Below, in pieces: positions 14,253-16,463 of a stretch of 16,463 bases of DNA. This stretch comes from Promethearchaeota archaeon (GTDB lineage Archaea > Asgardarchaeota > Lokiarchaeia > Sigyniarchaeales > SOKP01): the NCBI GenBank assembly GCA_019058015.1, contig JAHLWH010000155.1, forward strand, positions 1 through 16,463, in the 5' to 3' direction. Positions within the stretch are counted from its first letter, which is position 1. Every line of letters begins with the position of its first letter. Below the pieces are notes generated by a model. It was not told the origin of the DNA and did no database searches. It was given only the letters and a program-made list of their open reading frames with translations. The position numbers and the translations under genes were made by a program.

Positions 14253-14849
14253 TTACCCCATAAAATTCTGCTTTGCTCCAATTAGCGTGGTAGTTTCTTC
14301 GATAATTGTTGATAACTCCTTTTCACTAGGTTAATTAGTAATAATTTTATCTAATTCATTGAGTTTAGAAAATGATATTGCAGCCAATAAATCCCAGCCT
14401 CCATAAATCGGAGAAGCATATGTAATTAACCAATCCTCTCCATACTCGGTTGATCTTAAATCTTTTATTTTATTTACAATTTCTTCTTCTAATCCAATTT
14501 TTTTTAACCTAACAAGAACATAAGCACGATAATATAGATTTTTGGATTTTATTTTTGTGGCGTCAAAGTTGTTCTTTGTGCTGGTGAAGGTTGTAGATTC
14601 TTCAATTATCTTAGATAGTTCCTCATCAATTTTAAAAAAAGTTTTCAACTTATCTAATTCTTCATGCTTCGAAAAACATATTTCCAATAAAATATCCCAA
14701 GATCCAAATATGGGAGTACAATAAAAAACAAACCAGTCTTCATCTTCATCATCTTCTCTTGATTTTAAATTTCTAACTTTCTCCACTACTTTCCATTCTG
14801 AACCTATCTCCCGTAGTCTGATAAGAATGTATCCTTTGTAATATCGCAT
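14253..14849 (-). pseudogene. Tandem two-domain Lrp/AsnC ligand-binding (RAM)-like protein without HTH, interrupted by an in-frame TAA at 14331-14333
   Basis: Two internal repeats: YYKGYILIRL...PIFGSWDILLE...ELDK...IIEESTT and YYRAYVLVRL...PIYGGWDLLAA...ELDK. Repeat-2 homology continues in frame past the stop (PSEKELSTIIEETTTLIGAKQNFMG*). The RAM-fold call rests on the A-Y-V-L-V...G-x-W-D...T-x-T pattern. Confidence 0.7.
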
Positions 14850-14948
14850 GTTAGTTAATTTTTTTTAAGTTTATTACTATTTATTATTGTTAGTTAAATT
14901 ATAAAATTTGGCTAATAATGTAATTAATTAGGAGTAATATTGATAGAT

Positions 14949-16463
14949 ATGATAAACCGTGAAGAGATAGAAAAATCTATTTGGATTGAAGGGCTTAAAA
15001 ATGCAATAAAATTTAGGGGTACTGCTCAAAAAAAAGCAGTTATTGGAAAATTGATAGCTTTAAACGGGGAACTTAGTCTAAAATTAAAAGAAATAATGCC
15101 ACTACTAAATTCAATAATTGAAGAAATCAATAATTTATCATTAAATGCGCAAGAAGAGAAATTATTATCTTTAGACCCAACTGTTTTAGAAAGAATTAAG
15201 GAAAAGGTTGAGGAAGTAAAAGAATTACCACCTCTTCCAAATGTTGAGAAATATGAAAAGATTATCATGCGTTTAGCACCTTACCCTAGTGGAGCTCTTC
15301 ACATTGGTAATGCTCGGATGCTTATTTTGAATGATGAGTATGTAAAAAGATACAATGGAGAACTAATTTTATTTTATGATGATACAATTGGTAGCTCTAA
15401 AGCTAAGATAAATGATCCTAAAGCAAAATATATTCTTCCTGAGGCGTATGACTTAATCAAGGAAGGATTGGAATGGTTAGGAGTAAAATATAATAAGGAA
15501 TATTATAAAAGTGATAGATTGGAAATTTACTATAAATATTGCAAGCAACTGCTTACTGAAAATAATGCATATGTTTGTTTATGTGAAGGTAATGATTTTA
15601 GAGAGAACTATAAAAAAACTGGAAAGGAATGTCCTCATCGAAATAATACTCCCGAGAAAAATTTAGAAGGGTGGGAAAAAATGTTAAATGGTGATTATCA
15701 AGAGATGACAGCCGTTGTTCGATTGAAAACTGGTATGGATCAGAAAGATCCTGCCTTAAGAGACCAAATTATCATGAGAATATCTGATGCAGAACATCCA
15801 CGAGTTGGTACTAAATATCGAGTCTGGCCCATGCTTGAATTTTCTTGGGGAATTGATGATTATTTAATTGGAATTACCCACATTTTAAGGGGTTCTGATC
15901 TGGTTAAAGAAGATATTATTGAAAAATTCATCTGGGATATATTTAATTGGGAATATTGTGAATTTCTACACTATGGTAGATTAAATTTTCCGGAAAGAAA
16001 ACTCAGTAAAACACTATCAAGAAATGCCATTTTACAAGGAACTTATAAAGGGTGGTATGATCCAAGAACTTGGAGTATACAATCTCTTAAAAAGCGGGGT
16101 ATAAAGCCTGAAGCTTTAAGGCGAACATTATTTAATTTAGGATTGTCTCTTTCAGGAATTACATTCTCTGATCAATGGTTATATGCCAAAAACTCTGAAT
16201 TGATTGATTCTATCTCAAATAGATACTTTTTTGTTAATAATCCCGTATCTTTGATAATAGAGGGTATTCCGTTTGAGGAGATTAAGGCAGAACCACTTTT
16301 ATTACCAACTAATCCTAAAAAAGGTAAAAGATTAATAAGAAGTAAACTAATAGAAGGTAAATTAAAGGTATATATCTCTAAAAGTGATGCTGACAAATTA
16401 AATAAGAATAACCAGATACGTTTAAAAGACTTATTTAATATTAAAATAACTGAAATTTTAAAG
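14949..16463 (+). CDS. gltX: Glutamyl-tRNA synthetase, archaeal type; truncated by window end
   Basis: Hand translation shows an N-terminal LKNAIKF..AVIGKL domain, LPPLPN, MRLAPYPSGALHIGN (HIGH), YVCLC..ECPHR, HPRVGTKYRVWP, ITHILRG, KLSKT (KMSKS) and GWYDPRTW. An in-frame TTG at 14940 after GGAG is an alternative start. Absent from the ORF track because it has no stop in the window. Confidence 0.97.
   Translation, partial: MINREEIEKSIWIEGLKNAIKFRGTAQKKAVIGKLIALNGELSLKLKEIMPLLNSIIEEINNLSLNAQEEKLLSLDPTVLERIKEKVEEVKELPPLPNVEKYEKIIMRLAPYPSGALHIGNARMLILNDEYVKRYNGELILFYDDTIGSSKAKINDPKAKYILPEAYDLIKEGLEWLGVKYNKEYYKSDRLEIYYKYCKQLLTENNAYVCLCEGNDFRENYKKTGKECPHRNNTPEKNLEGWEKMLNGDYQEMTAVVRLKTGMDQKDPALRDQIIMRISDAEHPRVGTKYRVWPMLEFSWGIDDYLIGITHILRGSDLVKEDIIEKFIWDIFNWEYCEFLHYGRLNFPERKLSKTLSRNAILQGTYKGWYDPRTWSIQSLKKRGIKPEALRRTLFNLGLSLSGITFSDQWLYAKNSELIDSISNRYFFVNNPVSLIIEGIPFEEIKAEPLLLPTNPKKGKRLIRSKLIEGKLKVYISKSDADKLNKNNQIRLKDLFNIKITEILK

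Noticed and set aside
14331-14333. Selenocysteine/pyrrolysine recoding or an alternative genetic code
   Set aside because: The codon is TAA, which terminates most genes in this window, and the aligned residue is Phe rather than Cys or Lys.
14542-14724. 60-aa ORF overlapping the RAM-like gene
   Set aside because: Shadow of the minus-strand gene, which has clear internal repeat homology.
15026-16396. Minus ORFs 15026-15268 and 16172-16396
   Set aside because: Antisense to the continuous gltX frame.
1-16463. tRNA, rRNA, CRISPR array or purine riboswitch
   Set aside because: Intergenic regions are short and very AT-rich with no GC stems or repeat-spacer periodicity visible by eye. A covariance-model search was not run.

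Overview
AT-rich archaeal chromosomal window, probably from an Asgard/Lokiarchaeia-like organism. That assignment is inferred from the archaeal-type GluRS, Mch, CdrS-like RHH protein and archaeal CDP-alcohol transferase; it is not proven. Gene order: 3' end of a CCG-domain Fe-S protein; a GK5-like FGGY kinase; an alpha/beta hydrolase; a MazG-like pyrophosphatase; a purine cluster (purC, purS-purQ-purL, a Cys1-less purF-like gene, canonical purF); a small CxxC/HxxH protein; an unlisted 53-aa RHH regulator behind a perfect 20-bp palindrome; a CDP-alcohol phosphatidyltransferase; a PP-loop protein (minus strand, probable non-canonical start); mch; a tandem Lrp/AsnC-RAM-like protein with an in-frame TAA; and the 5' part of gltX. 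The most striking observation is that the spacer between the two purF genes (9144-9331) is a decayed second copy of the purL 3' end. This suggests that the GC-richer, glutaminase-dead purF-like gene entered the operon together with a replacement purL tail and stranded the original tail. No RNA genes, CRISPR arrays or transposases were recognised.
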